Of a DNA stretch of 64,000 nucleotides, positions 28,580-40,937 are shown piece after piece. A program made the position numbers and the translations under genes. This stretch comes from Octopus sinensis. Lineage: Eukaryota. Below the pieces are notes generated by a model. That model had not been told where the DNA came from, made no database searches, and saw nothing but the letters and a program-made list of their open reading frames with translations. Every line of letters begins with the position of its first letter. Position 1 is the stretch's first letter. The stretch covers positions 92,194,001 through 92,258,000 of the forward strand of contig NC_043006.1 in NCBI RefSeq assembly GCF_006345805.1. The letters run 5' to 3'.

Positions 28580-29970
28580 TATTTATCGAAATGAAACAAT
28601 GAAAAGCAAAGTTGATGTTGGCGCGCTTTTAAGTAGGATCGCAAAGTTTCGGGAAAAAGATGTAAGGCATTCTACCCAACGTTGTAATGACAGCTCAAAT
28701 CCTCGCTTCACTTTATAAGTAAGCCTCAGGCATTTGCATGTTAGATAACTCCCGAATTACTCCCGCCTAATCAGGAATCTTGACTTGTCTACTTGCACAC
28801 TCGGGTACTCTTAAAATGTATCGGCAATGTTCATTCTTACCTCCGATATCATTTATTGTTGCATGGTTTACAAGACACGCTTTATGAATATTCTACAATC
28901 AGTCATTCAGTTTCGTCATTCATCTTTCAGAAATGGATTCATTAATCTTATATTAGATTCGGTTCTATTCTTCCTCATGTAAACTTATTTCTCCTGTTGA
29001 TAAACGGTTAATATGCATTTCGTTAAACATAAGGATTTTCTTCTCTGGCCATACAGTTTCATGCTCATATTTTCAATTCTATAATTATTGCTATTTAATA
29101 TTGTAATATATTTTCTTTATTTATAGGGTAGCTAAGCAAACAAATTCCAATGGCACTCCTTTATATTTATGCAACAAAATAATTATAATAGCGATTTGCC
29201 GGTTTCAGAGTCATTGAACATTACCTAGAGCGAAATGGTTCATGTTTTGTGAAGCGATTAAAAATTATAGGTGCTTCTTTGCTTCGAAACTTCAAAAAAT
29301 TTCCTCCCGTGGGATCAAGTATTTGTTAAATATATGGAATTAGGTTATCAATAATGAACAGAAATATTATCGTGATGAAATTCAACAATACCAAACTAGT
29401 ATTTGTGTCTTTCCAGCTTAAATTTGAAGTTCAATGACAAAATTTATATCTTAGCATAAAGCGCTGCACTAAACATTTTAACCAGTGACTTTTAACCAGA
29501 ACTAAAAAGAAAAAGAGACGTTATGTTGCAAAACGGTCGATTCGGTTAATCAAGAGATGATAACATTTTCTTGTGAACAACAACTAGATGCAAGTTTAAT
29601 AAATTCAACCAGACATTGAATGCAACTCATGCTGATTTTTGTTCTTACCATATCTCTACGATCTGTCCACAGATGTAAGGAGATACCTCGCTCACAGGTA
29701 CAAATCACAGTTTCAGTCCTTGTCAATTTGAAAGCAGGTATTTTCCGGATACCACTGATGAACATTGTGTACATGTATGCGCGGCACTGTGTGTATACAC
29801 ACACACACACACAAATACATAAAAAATCCTTTGTGGAAGGTTATAATTGTATTTCGGTGTATAGCCATTATCTAATAAATAAATCTGAATTGATTTAGTC
29901 TAAAACAAAATGAAGTATAATTCTCATATTTTATCACATTTATTAAAGCCCGAAACTTCCGTTGTATTAA

Positions 29971-29987
29971 TTTTGGAACACCCTGTA
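29971..29987 (-). mobile_element. Isolated Tc1/mariner-like terminus (TA-CAGGGTGTTCCAAAA)
   Basis: Typical Tc1-family TIR start preceded by TA; partner TIR not found. Confidence 0.4.
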
Positions 29988-30084
29988 CTTTGCGGAGGTG
30001 TAAAGAAAGTAGCATCAGTTTCTATTCGTGTTAGTGGACTGACACAACGATAAAGGTACACACATATATACATACATATATCAT

Positions 30085-30625
30085 AGTGGCTGCTCCCTCG
30101 TTATCGAGTATGGCCATTGCACGAAGCTCAATTAATGTTGTTATCGTGCAATGTCTATGCAAGAAGATTTTTTTTAAAGTGAGGAAAGGCTGTGCACTGA
30201 GTCAATCCCACTCACTAAGCAACAGCAGCCATAATCCGAAAAGAAGAACAAGTCAGTATCATCGGTAACCACTGAGCCGCAGGTTTTATGTCGGCGTTAT
30301 CCCAGTTACCTGAGTTACTTTCTCCTAGACAAAGGCTAGGAGTCCTTCACTCCCAATGGTTTAACTGCACGATCGGGTATTCAGTCCGATTATTTCTATG
30401 TCCCCGCGCATGTTACAGCCTTAAGACATTTATTGGTTGGTCGTTGACTCTCAAGAGTTCCTCCGCCCTTTGATGGGTTTTGTTTTTCCTCCCGCAGGGT
30501 GTCCAATAAATACCCTCCTCACCAAGCAAGCTTTGGTGGGGTTGGCGGTTTAGTCGCCGACGACCCGACCATGCAACAGGTTGTACTGGGTTACATGTTA
30601 CCAGCAGCACTCGAAAGTGACTTGA
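30085..30625. mobile_element. Unclassified interspersed repeat fragment
   Basis: GC-elevated block bounded by microsatellites; its first ~50 bp recur at 46854-46905. Confidence 0.4.
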
Positions 30626-30682
30626 CATAAACATATATCATATATACATAAATACCCACACATACATATATACATACATACC

Positions 30683-30753
<71 letters not shown>

Positions 30754-31255
30754 TATATACATAGCCACACAAACATTTGTGTGTGTTTCTCGTTTCGAAA
30801 GGGTTCCGTCTTCGTATTTGCTCTTGTCTATGTTTGGAGTTCGAACACCGTCTTTGTGGTATCACTTACGTTCATGTGAACCGGCAGACGGTCAAGCGAA
30901 AGAACACAAGTGACTGAATATCTTTACCTTTACATATATAAAAATGATAAGAATACTGCCTGAGGATTCTGAACACTGACATAATTGTCTAGAGGTTTCA
31001 GATTACTTTTCTGCTATTTCTTACAAATTTTATATTTCCATGTATAAAAATAAAAAACAAGAAAACGTTTTATTCAAACACATAATCGGAATTACAGAAA
31101 TCTTAACCTCTGCATTGAACGCCAGCAACAGAGCGAGAGCTGAAGGAAAAGTAAGATTTTGTCACATGCATAAGATTGCGGACATGTTAAGAAGAGCTGT
31201 GTATGTGTAAAAGATTGTGTGTTGGTGAATATGTGGACTTCAGGCATTTACTCAC

Positions 31256-31340
31256 GAAGTAACAGTTTCAATCTAAGTACTTGCCAGGAGCTAAACGTTT
31301 CTATCTGGTGAATGGCGAACTTGATCAGATTTCTAAATAC
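31256..31340 (-). other. Candidate internal coding exon (VFRNLIKFAIHQIETFSSWQVLRLKLLL)
   Basis: CTGCAG| acceptor, |GTGAGT donor, open frame. Product not recognised. Confidence 0.22.
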
Positions 31341-31553
31341 CTGCAGGCTAGTCTCAAAAAGCAGGCAGTTTCTAACAACTTACAAATGATAAACTTGAAG
31401 AATATGAAGAAATGATGAACAAAAAAAGAGAGAAAATAAAATATATAGGAAAGCTGAAGGAAAATTTGCTTATTTCTCACACTCCTTCACAAGGGAGAAT
31501 AGCTAATTCCTGCTCAGGTTTTCCTTCCTATAAAGCAAGAGAGGAATATATAT

Positions 31554-31597
<44 letters not shown>

Positions 31598-31699
31598 GGA
31601 GAAAGAGAGCAAAGAAAAACTGCAAGAAATTAAAGAGCAAATAAATTTTACAAAATATCTTTTGATAAATTTCCGTTTAAAATTGTGTTTGGCATAATA

Positions 31700-32010
31700 T
31701 ATATCTGGTTTGGTTTTTAGCGGAACGAACTGATCCCGGAACTTACTTTTAAAGCTTGGTACTTATTCGGACTCTTTTACTGGACTGCTTAAGTTGCAGC
31801 GACGGTATGATCGTTGGCAAGCGGTGATGAGGAACAAACACAAACACAAAGACACACACATAAATGAAAACACACATTCACACACACTCACATACATATA
31901 TACGAGGAGCTGCTTAAGGCATTGGTCGGCTCGTGATAAGAGTGGAAGACATTTGTACAAGATGCCACGCTGTAAGACTGAACCCGGAACCACGTTACTG
32001 GGGAGCAATC
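31700..32010 (-). mobile_element. SINE family A-related, diverged
   Basis: AAGCTTGGTACTTATTC...GGCATTGGTCGG...CAAGATGCCACGC...ACTGAACCCGGAACCAC. Confidence 0.7.
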
Positions 32011-32139
32011 CCCCCCACCCTATATATGTGATATGTTTGCATATGTATGCCTGTATATGGTTTCTTCATGTAAGATCCTACCCATTTCCATTTAGATAAC
32101 TCTCAACATACGCTGGTCCGTACAAACATTATAATATAT

Positions 32140-32362
32140 TTCTTTACTACCCACAAGAAGCTAGAAACAGAGGAAACAAACAAGGACAGACAAACGGATT
32201 AAGCAGATTACATCGGCTCCAGTGCGTAACTGGTACTTAATTTATCGACCTCGAAAGGATGAAAGGCAAAGTCGACCTCGGCGGAATTTGAACTCAGAAC
32301 GTAACGGCAGACGAAATACGGCTATGCATTTCGCCCGGCGTGCTAACGTTTCTGCCAGCTCA
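32140..32362 (-). mobile_element. SINE family B (tail 1)
   Basis: Reverse complement of 28345-28579. Confidence 0.9.
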
Positions 32363-33295
32363 CCCCCCCCCATATATATGTGTGATATATTTGCATATGT
32401 ATGCCTGTAGATGATTTCTTCATGTAAGATCCTACCCATTTACGCTGGTCCCTACAAACATTATAATAATTTAGTTGAAGCGAAACTGCAATCATCGCAA
32501 TGTATTAATTAAAATCACACAGATACTGCGAAACTCATATCGTCTGACATTAAAACCTAAACAGCATATTTAGTAATTCTATTAAATTGAATTTTGCTAA
32601 TAAACACCACCTTATACATTTGCTGACTGCTGTGTTAAAATTTTCTTTCCAGTTTTATAATTATTCCACTTGGTGTGTTACCAATAGTTCTGAGAAGCAG
32701 CAGCGGCAGCGGTAGCAACAATACCAAACATTACAGCATTATGAACTTCAATATAGAAGTGAAACAATATTATTTTATCACTTTGAAGTAAATTGTTGTT
32801 TTTATTTTGTTTTTGAATTCTGCAACTTCCTAATAGCAATATCTTTTATTAATAACACGAATGTAGTTTGCATAAAATCTCCAGCTTATTAAAAGTTCCA
32901 AAAAAGAAAATGAAAAGAAAAACATGAAGAAAATTATGTATTATATGATAATTAATTAAAAGTTGCAAAGAATATTATTTTGCACGTTCTAATGAACACC
33001 TATATACCACTAACGATATGAAAGAGTAAACAATATCTGGTAAATTATGAAGTTTTCTACATGTGTTCATTCTAAATGATTTGCTGGCCACATGGTTAGG
33101 TTGGAATAATTTAAAATTCAGATGTGAAATATTCTCATTATAAAATATCGACGACTCGTTGTTCAGTTATATATTTTATTATATCTTCTTTACATGTTTT
33201 TGGTGAGAGCGAGGAAGTACCTATTTTGTAATTATATTCCTTGATATACTTACTCCTGGTACAAGAATAGTTCTTGCAATATTCTATCAAAATGT

Positions 33296-33432
33296 AAGGC
33301 GGCGAGCTGGCACAAACGTTAGAACGCCGGGCGAAATGCTTAATGGTATTCGCCTGCCGCTACGTTCTGAGTTCAAATTCCGCCGAGGTCGACTTTGCCT
33401 TTCATCCTTTCGGGGTCGATTAAATAAGTACC
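33296..33432 (+). mobile_element. SINE family B, 3'-truncated
   Basis: AAGGCGGCGAGCTGGCACAAACGTTAG...GGGGTCGATTAAATAAGTACC. Confidence 0.88.
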
Positions 33433-33444
33433 ATAACATAGCAT

Positions 33445-34620
33445 ACGAATTGAAAGATGTCTGGAAACGATAGCATACCAGCCGAGATGCATAAATGTAG
33501 TAGCTCCCTGCTGAACAAATTACGTGAACCCTTCAACTTAATCTGGGAATGTGGATCAGTCCTGCAGGAGTTTAGACACGCTTCTTTGTAAGCATAAAAG
33601 CAACTAATGTGAATGTAACCAGCATGGATGTATCTCGCTTTTCTGTGTTGCCAGGATGGTCATTGAAATGGTTATCTCAAATTGACTAAATAATGCCCTT
33701 TACAGGTTAGTGTTTCCTGAATCTCAGTGTGCCTTTTGGGCTGGTAGGTGCACAGTGGATATGGTTTTTAGCTTGAAGCAACAGCAGAAGAATCACGTGA
33801 GCATAACCGAGGCATTTTTGTCACTTTTTTAGGTCTAACTAAAGCTTTCCACATCGTATCTAGGGATGTCCTTTGGGTTGTCCTTGGAAAGCTAGGTACT
33901 CCTGAAAAGGTACACAGTGTCATCATTTCATTCCATCAAAGGATGTTGACTTCTGTTAGATCTAGTGAGGAAGTGTCCAATTCATTCACAATCTCAAATG
34001 GTATAAAACAAGGCTGTGTTCTTGCACCGCTCTTATTTTCTTTGTATTTCACTACGATGTTGGAAACAACGTTCGAAAATGTTACAGGATTAAAGTTTGA
34101 ATACAGAACTGGAAATGGCTTCAACAGCGCTTCAAAGCAAAAATTGACACTTTGATACGCAGACGATTGTGCACTTGTAGTACACACTCTTGAAGAGATG
34201 CAATATATTCTAAACAGCTTCTCGCGTGCATCAGGAAACTGGGCTTGTCTATGACCCCATTCGTGACCATCTTTCCACTGTTGCCCTTAATGTATATGTT
34301 GATGGGAAAGCATTAAAAATGGTTTCCTTCTTCATGTACCTTGGTTCCATTGTGTCCATTGATGCCAAGATGGATAAAGAAATTCAGCTCAGAGTTGGAA
34401 AGACGAGGTCCATTTTCGGTTAGCTTCACCACAAGCATTCGATCAGCGACAACGTATCGTTGAAGGCGAAAGTCGATGTATATAAATCGGTGCTTTGACA
34501 CCATTGCTCTACGGTGCTGAATTGTTTTACCTCAACCAGATGAGGCTTTTCTTATTCCATGCTTGCATACATTCTCCAACATAAAACCGAGTTACCATAT
34601 TCCAAATAGTGAGGTATAAA
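33445..34620 (+). mobile_element. RTE-clade LINE reverse-transcriptase fragment, decayed
   Basis: Translated pieces DSIPAEMHK, PESQCAFWAGRCTVDMVFSL, FTISNGIKQGCVLAPLLFSLYF, YADDCALV, F.YLGS, LLYGAE. Many stops and frameshifts. Confidence 0.85.
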
Positions 34621-34989
34621 TCAGCAATTGAACAAGACAATCCATCATATAGATATGCGTAATATGTGTACGTGTCTCTCTGTTTTCACATGTCTGCGTA
34701 TAAGCAATCTCATACGGAACGGTGTTTATAATTTCATAAATGAATAAAATAATGACTTAAGGTGAACGATCAAAGCTCTGTTGACAAAACAGAAAGTGTT
34801 AAATTAAAGTCAATATTGACACTGCAAGCTGTCCGTCTCTCTCTCTCAGTAAATTAATTGAAATATAAGGCTGATTAAATTCTGTGATTGCTTACTAAGC
34901 TTCAGTTTCAATCAGCATTTAACTTTACCATGTATACTTAAGCATTCATGCATATAGGAGCGAAAATAGGTTATACATACATATATACA

Positions 34990-35036
<47 letters not shown>

Positions 35037-35120
35037 GTTATGTGCGTGTGTGCTTGTACATATATGCACACATGCATATATGTATATATGTGTGTGTATA
35101 ATATATATATGCATATTTGT

Positions 35121-35250
35121 ACAGAAGAGGCTGTATGGTAAGTAGCTTGCTTACCAACCACATGGTTCTGGGTTCAGTCCCACTGCGTGGCACCTTGGGC
35201 AAGTGTCTTCTTCTCTAACCTCGGGCCGACCAAAGTCTTGTGAGTGGATT
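35121..35250 (+). mobile_element. SINE family A, 5' part
   Basis: GGCTGTATGGTAAGTAGCTTGCTTACCAACCACATGGTTCTGGGTTCAGTCCC...CTTGGGCAAGTGTCTTC. Confidence 0.85.
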
Positions 35251-35656
35251 CTTTTTTTTTTAAATTCGGTACATTAATATTGTAGAATGTATTGCAATTG
35301 AAATTGGTTATTGGCTTTAAAATCTACGATATATACTCCTATATATACTCTTAATGCTATTTTTAGGAGAAAAATGTGTTTCGGGAAGTGGTATATAATG
35401 TTTTATTATAAAGGAAAATGTGTGAAAACGCTGAAAATTTCTCTCTTCTAATCATTTTCATCTTAAGAGAAAAAGATGGAGGTGAGACAACTTTAATTAT
35501 AGTTAGAGAAATAGGATGTGCGATATGATTGTTTCCAATTGTTTTTTATAAGAAAAAGTTTGGTAAGTTGATAAATATGTCTATGTTATTTTGAGGTTTC
35601 ATTTGATTCAACAGGGTGCAGTTACTTTCAGTATTTAAAGACACACTCACACACAA

Positions 35657-35848
35657 AAGTGGTGAGCTGAGAGAATAGTTAGCATGTCGGGACAAATGCT
35701 TAGCGGCACTTCGTCCTTCATTACATTCTGAGTTCCACCGAAGTCTACTTTGCCTTTCATCCCTTCCAGGTCGATGAAATAAGTACCGGAGTCGATTCCA
35801 TCGACTATCCCATCCGACAGAACTTTCTGGCCTTGTACCAGAATTTAG
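35657..35848 (+). mobile_element. SINE family B (tail 2), diverged
   Basis: AAGTGGTGAGCTGAGAGAATAGTTAGCATG...TTTGCCTTTCATCC...GGCCTTGTACC. Confidence 0.75.
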
Positions 35849-36019
35849 ATGGGAAGTTAGACTATTTCATCACTTTTACTTTTAGATATTCCTGCAATGC
35901 AAATGGATTACTGTGAAAGTGGAGCTATTAAAATCAAATTAATTTTGTTCAAGATGCTGAAAACTAAGCGTTAACTATTTTGGGGTGAAATTGTTGAAGT
36001 AATCTACAAGACACTGAGA

Positions 36020-36190
36020 CCAATCGGTCCTTGGCTCATGCCGATTAGTCTGTCTTTGGATGCGATCGAAGTTGTCCAGCGTACTTATATGTTTAGGAAA
36101 CAGGACTGTTGAGAATGTGGGAACGGCAGTTTCCTGTTGCTCTGTGTCGACACTTCGAATGCAATTTGAACGCTAGCAACTGAGGTAAGA
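36020..36190 (+). promoter_or_regulatory. Candidate promoter / non-coding first exon
   Basis: CCAAT at 36020, ETS-like TTCCTG, locally CpG-rich, GAG|GTAAGA donor at 36184/36185; all three frames closed near the donor. Confidence 0.25.
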
Positions 36191-36889
36191 GATTGTCTAA
36201 TTGATATTACCAGTTTCGAACTTTGATTTCAGATTCATAGTTGCTTTTGTATACTTAAGGGTATTTCAGATTTAAAGTTTCAATGTTCTTCATAATACTT
36301 GTTATATATTTAAAGCGGTTTACTGTTTGACCGATAAAGAAACTTGGTTGTAAGTTTATGTTATGAGAGTGATAATTTCTTGAAAATAGAAATAATACAC
36401 TTCTAAATCTCTCTAAATAACAGTAGCATTCTTCCTTTTCACGGGACTGTCACATTAAGGTGACAACATTCTATCACTTGATAATTTTTTGTATAGAAAT
36501 TCATAGAAAAATTTAGAAATGCATTTTCTTTTGGTTCTTGTAACACTAAGGTGGAGTATTCATTGACACTAAAACAATACATGTTTGTGGCTTCAGTCAG
36601 CAACGCCCGAGAGGTATTTTAGCATTTTGTGTCAGCTGAATAGACCAAAATTGACAGTCAGCAAGCAATATTTCGAGGCAGCTGTAGAGGAACACGATTT
36701 TCATTCCTACATGTACACATACACATATACACACACATGCACACACACATGCACACACGCACATGTATATCATCGGTTATTTGCATTGTATTTCTTGTAT
36801 TTGTGAGTAGGTACAACTCATTCTTTGGATAAGTTTGTGCTAAACCCTTCGTATCTCTATTATATTATGTGTTCTCTCCCTCCCCCTCC

Positions 36890-36952
<63 letters not shown>

Positions 36953-36959
36953 GTTTATG

Positions 36960-37564
36960 TTCAAAATGCTCTTCATATCATATATCTGAAATGCAAAAAG
37001 TTTGTTTGTCTGGTTTTGGCATTGGAACAGGTTAAAGGGCACTAGGTCCCATTGGATTGACTCCAAAATTTACAGGGACATGTAAAATGAGGTGTGGATG
37101 CAAGTGGGCTAGGTTAGAAATCCCTATCTTAAAAGGTGTCGTTACTAGGGCAAAAAACGCACACTTTGACAAATCTCCTCTCATTCTCTTATCTGCATGT
37201 CTTCCTCCGTCTCTCTCTGTTTCCTCCCTTCCCATCACTTTCCCTCTATAACGACGTTTGACAGATACTACTATCTTTCCCCGCCGCCTTCGCCAGCGCT
37301 GTCACTCTTTTACTCACAGCCTCCCCCTCTCTCTCTCTGTACGTCTGTCTGCATTCATAGAGAGTTTTATTATCGCCACCACCACCAGACAATCATGAGA
37401 ACAAATATTATGAATCAGATATTTATTGGGTTAATTTATATATATGTGTGTGTGTGTGTGTGTCTGTATCTATATATAAATATGTATATATAATGTATAT
37501 ATATACAAAGTGTATATATCTGTATTTATATGTATATAATTTGTATACATTTCTATTTATAATG

Positions 37565-37612
<48 letters not shown>

Positions 37613-37711
37613 ATGCGTATATATGTACATATATACGCATGTACATATATATATATATATATATTATGTGTGCATAATATATATATATATATATATGTAC
37701 ATATATACGCA

Positions 37712-37779
<68 letters not shown>

Positions 37780-38312
37780 GTGTGCATTATGTGGTCGGTT
37801 GAGCTGAAAATTTGCACACCTATGTTAAAAGTACTGGCGAGTTTGCATGACAGCTATTTTTTCCTCAATTGAAAGGCGTAACCTCTAGGACAAAATTCCT
37901 CATCTTTTAAAATGTGGCCAGATTACACCAGAATGAAATCGGCTTATATTAACCAAATAAGTAAAACAATGAAAAACTATGCCATTTTAATCCGAAGTAA
38001 GGTCGGGTATCTCTGTAGGTCTACTACATATTTGTGAAAAGGGCAGACGTTGTCTCACAAGCAGTTATACAGGTAAAAGTGTTAGTAAATATGGTAGGAT
38101 TCAGTTGAAAATTTGCACACCTGTATTAAAAATTCTAACGAGTTTGCATGGTAACATTGAGTTTGCTCAATTGAAAGGTATGGCCTCTAAGGCAAAATTT
38201 CTCATCTTTTTAAGTGTGGCCCTCGTAGACCCGAATGAAATCGAGTTATAATACCGAAAGAAATAAAACAATGATAAACTATTTTAATCCCGAGCAAGTC
38301 CGGGTTTCTCTG

Positions 38313-38323
<11 letters not shown>
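36960..38323 (+). mobile_element. Helitron/HINE-like non-autonomous element(s) with tandem 3' module
   Basis: 5' module at ~36990-37180 (GTTTGTTTGTC...GGATTGACTCCAAAATTTACAGG). A ~230-bp module is repeated (37790-38015, 38090-38315); the second ends in a CCCG..CGGG hairpin then CTA[G], the first in a degenerate version. Confidence 0.6.
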
Positions 38324-38324
<1 letters not shown>

Positions 38325-38353
<29 letters not shown>

Positions 38354-39047
38354 AGGCTTTGGGTCAAAATTGTGTGCACGCTTTGCTACGTCAGAGGTTG
38401 GCGGCCACACCGGTAGTCAGATCGAGCTGAAAATTGACATAGGCATAGAAGGCGTGATGAGGCAGAGTTGCGTAGGTTAAAACGCACTGTCTGGAAAGAT
38501 GCGGTTGCTATAGTGAGAAGATTCAAGGGGGCTCTAAGCCCCTCCAGATTGGCGCGATTGGCATCTAATACTATCTATAAAATGACGAAGGCGAACGTTA
38601 ACACAAATTGGATTTTTATGTAAAAATGGGGCTGGAAGGGGATTCAAATTTACAGGAGGGGTAACCTGGGGTGGGGGATTGATTGGGAGACGTTTTGTGG
38701 CGCTACAGTGGTTGCTTTAGTGTGAAAACTGAGATTTTATTGATTTGGGGGGACACTTAGTGGTCTAAATCGGACACCTTTTGCCCGATTTCAATCAAAT
38801 TTTCAACATGGTAAAGTGGAAGCAGATTTGTAATTTAAACGCAGAAATCTAATTTTTTTATAAATGGTAGGGAGATAGATAGAGAAAGATAAAGAGTAAG
38901 AGAAAGCGAGGGAAAGTCCGAAAGGAAGAGTAAGAGAGTGGGAAAATGAGAAAGGATAGAGAAACAAAGAGGGAGAATGTGGTAATAAGAAACAGAAAGT
39001 AACAACCACAACCTCACCCGCGCGTAGAGCGGGTCACCTTAAGCTAG
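38325..39047 (+). mobile_element. Non-autonomous Helitron
   Basis: Starts in (TA)n-AAG. 3' end ACCCGC-GCGTAGA-GCGGGT hairpin (39016-39034) followed 9 nt later by CTAG|T (39044-39047). Confidence 0.75.
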
Positions 39048-40208
39048 TATATGTATATAAATGAATTGTATTTGTGTGATATGCATTAGAGACCGAAACA
39101 GGTTTTCATTTAAATTATAACGCATCTATATACTTCAATAGATGAACAGGAAGTTAATTAATTTTCTTTATGCTAACATATGTTCATAAACCAGATTTTG
39201 TACAGTGTTAGACTATATGGACGAATAATATTAAATTTTCGATTTGGATGTTTAGATAGCTATATAATTGATCACAAGTATATTAAATTTGCTTTATGTC
39301 TTAAGATAGCTACGTAATTGATCGCCCAGATATGAAATTTGCTGTTTGCTTTAATTTCATTCGTTTTTGAAGTAAAAAAAAATTGGGATTATATAACTTG
39401 TAGCGTTTCACGATAAAGATCTTCTCTGCATTCTAGTTTTCAATCTTATTGGTGTTGAATTTTTCGTGTTAGTTATCTGGTTGGTTTGTAATATGATTTG
39501 CTATAGGTTAAGTCGAAGTTACGTTAGCGGTGTTTATTTATTATTTATATATCTTTTTGATAATATAAGCATTACAAGCAGCAATTTTCTTTCCCCTAAA
39601 TAGTTGGAAACTTTGTGCTTATGTAATAAAAAACAAAGGCAAAAATTCCTATGGCAGAAAGCAATATTTTCTTTGCTTAAACTTCTATAGTAACTGTACA
39701 GACACCAACATACGGGTGGCAAATTTATATGGAAATTGTATTATCTTGAACTGGAAGATGCAGAGCCATAATAGTAATATTATATTTTAAATATTCATTG
39801 GTAACAGAAAACCTAAGTAGTCTTGTGTTAGCTTCCAGCAGCTACAAATGTTTCTAACCAAAACCAAGAATAGATAACATATTATATTTCTCGAGAGAAA
39901 TATAACATTAGAACTTTAGTTTTATCTCAAAATTAGTTTTATGTCAAGCTATAAAGCGAAAAAAATTAGATATTTAAAGAAATATATGAGATAAATAAGA
40001 AGTTATACATAAGTAGAAGAAAATGTATACTTGAATTTAGTGTTGAAATGCACACACGTTCAGTTTGTCATATCGTAGTTATGTTAGGGAAAGGTCATCT
40101 AAATTTAATTTCGATGCTCCAGCGTATCTCACCAGCTTTCTCACTCTTTTGTTCGTTCACATCTGCTTCATTACTACATATATGTGTGTATATATATATA
40201 TATATATA

Positions 40209-40242
<34 letters not shown>

Positions 40243-40937
40243 ATATACATACATATTCGTAGTGACAACACTAAGTAGTTATAAATACAAATTTGCTACC
40301 GCATATGTATATGTTTCCGTGTGTGTGTGTTTGTGTGTATGTGTACGTATCCGGTATTGGGTCTCTGGTTCGTGTCTTCTAGGATTTTAGGATTTTTTCA
40401 TGGAGTGCGGAACCAGTTCTTGGTCACTGTTGAACCTATTTGCCGTCTGACTCAGAGTCGTAGCACCTTTCAATGTCCCAGGTATGAGATAACCAGCATA
40501 TGCGATAACATACCATCTGAATAGGGTCGCGCAGAAATATTCTGTTTAATATCAGGATACGCAGTAAAATCACATGGGCTGAAAGTGATAGTCATGGTTT
40601 TACAAGCATATTTCCTTTTCTCTCTCTCTCTCACTGTACATATATATATGTTAGAGAGAGAGAGAGAGACAGAGAGACACACACACACACACATATATTT
40701 AGAGGTGAAGGGAGTGTCAGAGAGAGTAAAAGAGAGGTCATTGCATACGTAGAGTAGAACTGAATTGATATTTCATTTGGCTTAAGATTGACTTTTTTTT
40801 CCTCTTTTGGCTTCTTCAGTGCTTTCTTAATACAATCAAATTTTAGGGTATTTTCCCTGAAATATGAAACCCCGATATCTAGTACAGAACTCAGCAATTT
40901 TCATTTAATAAATTCATGTTTTATTTTTTTATTTAGT

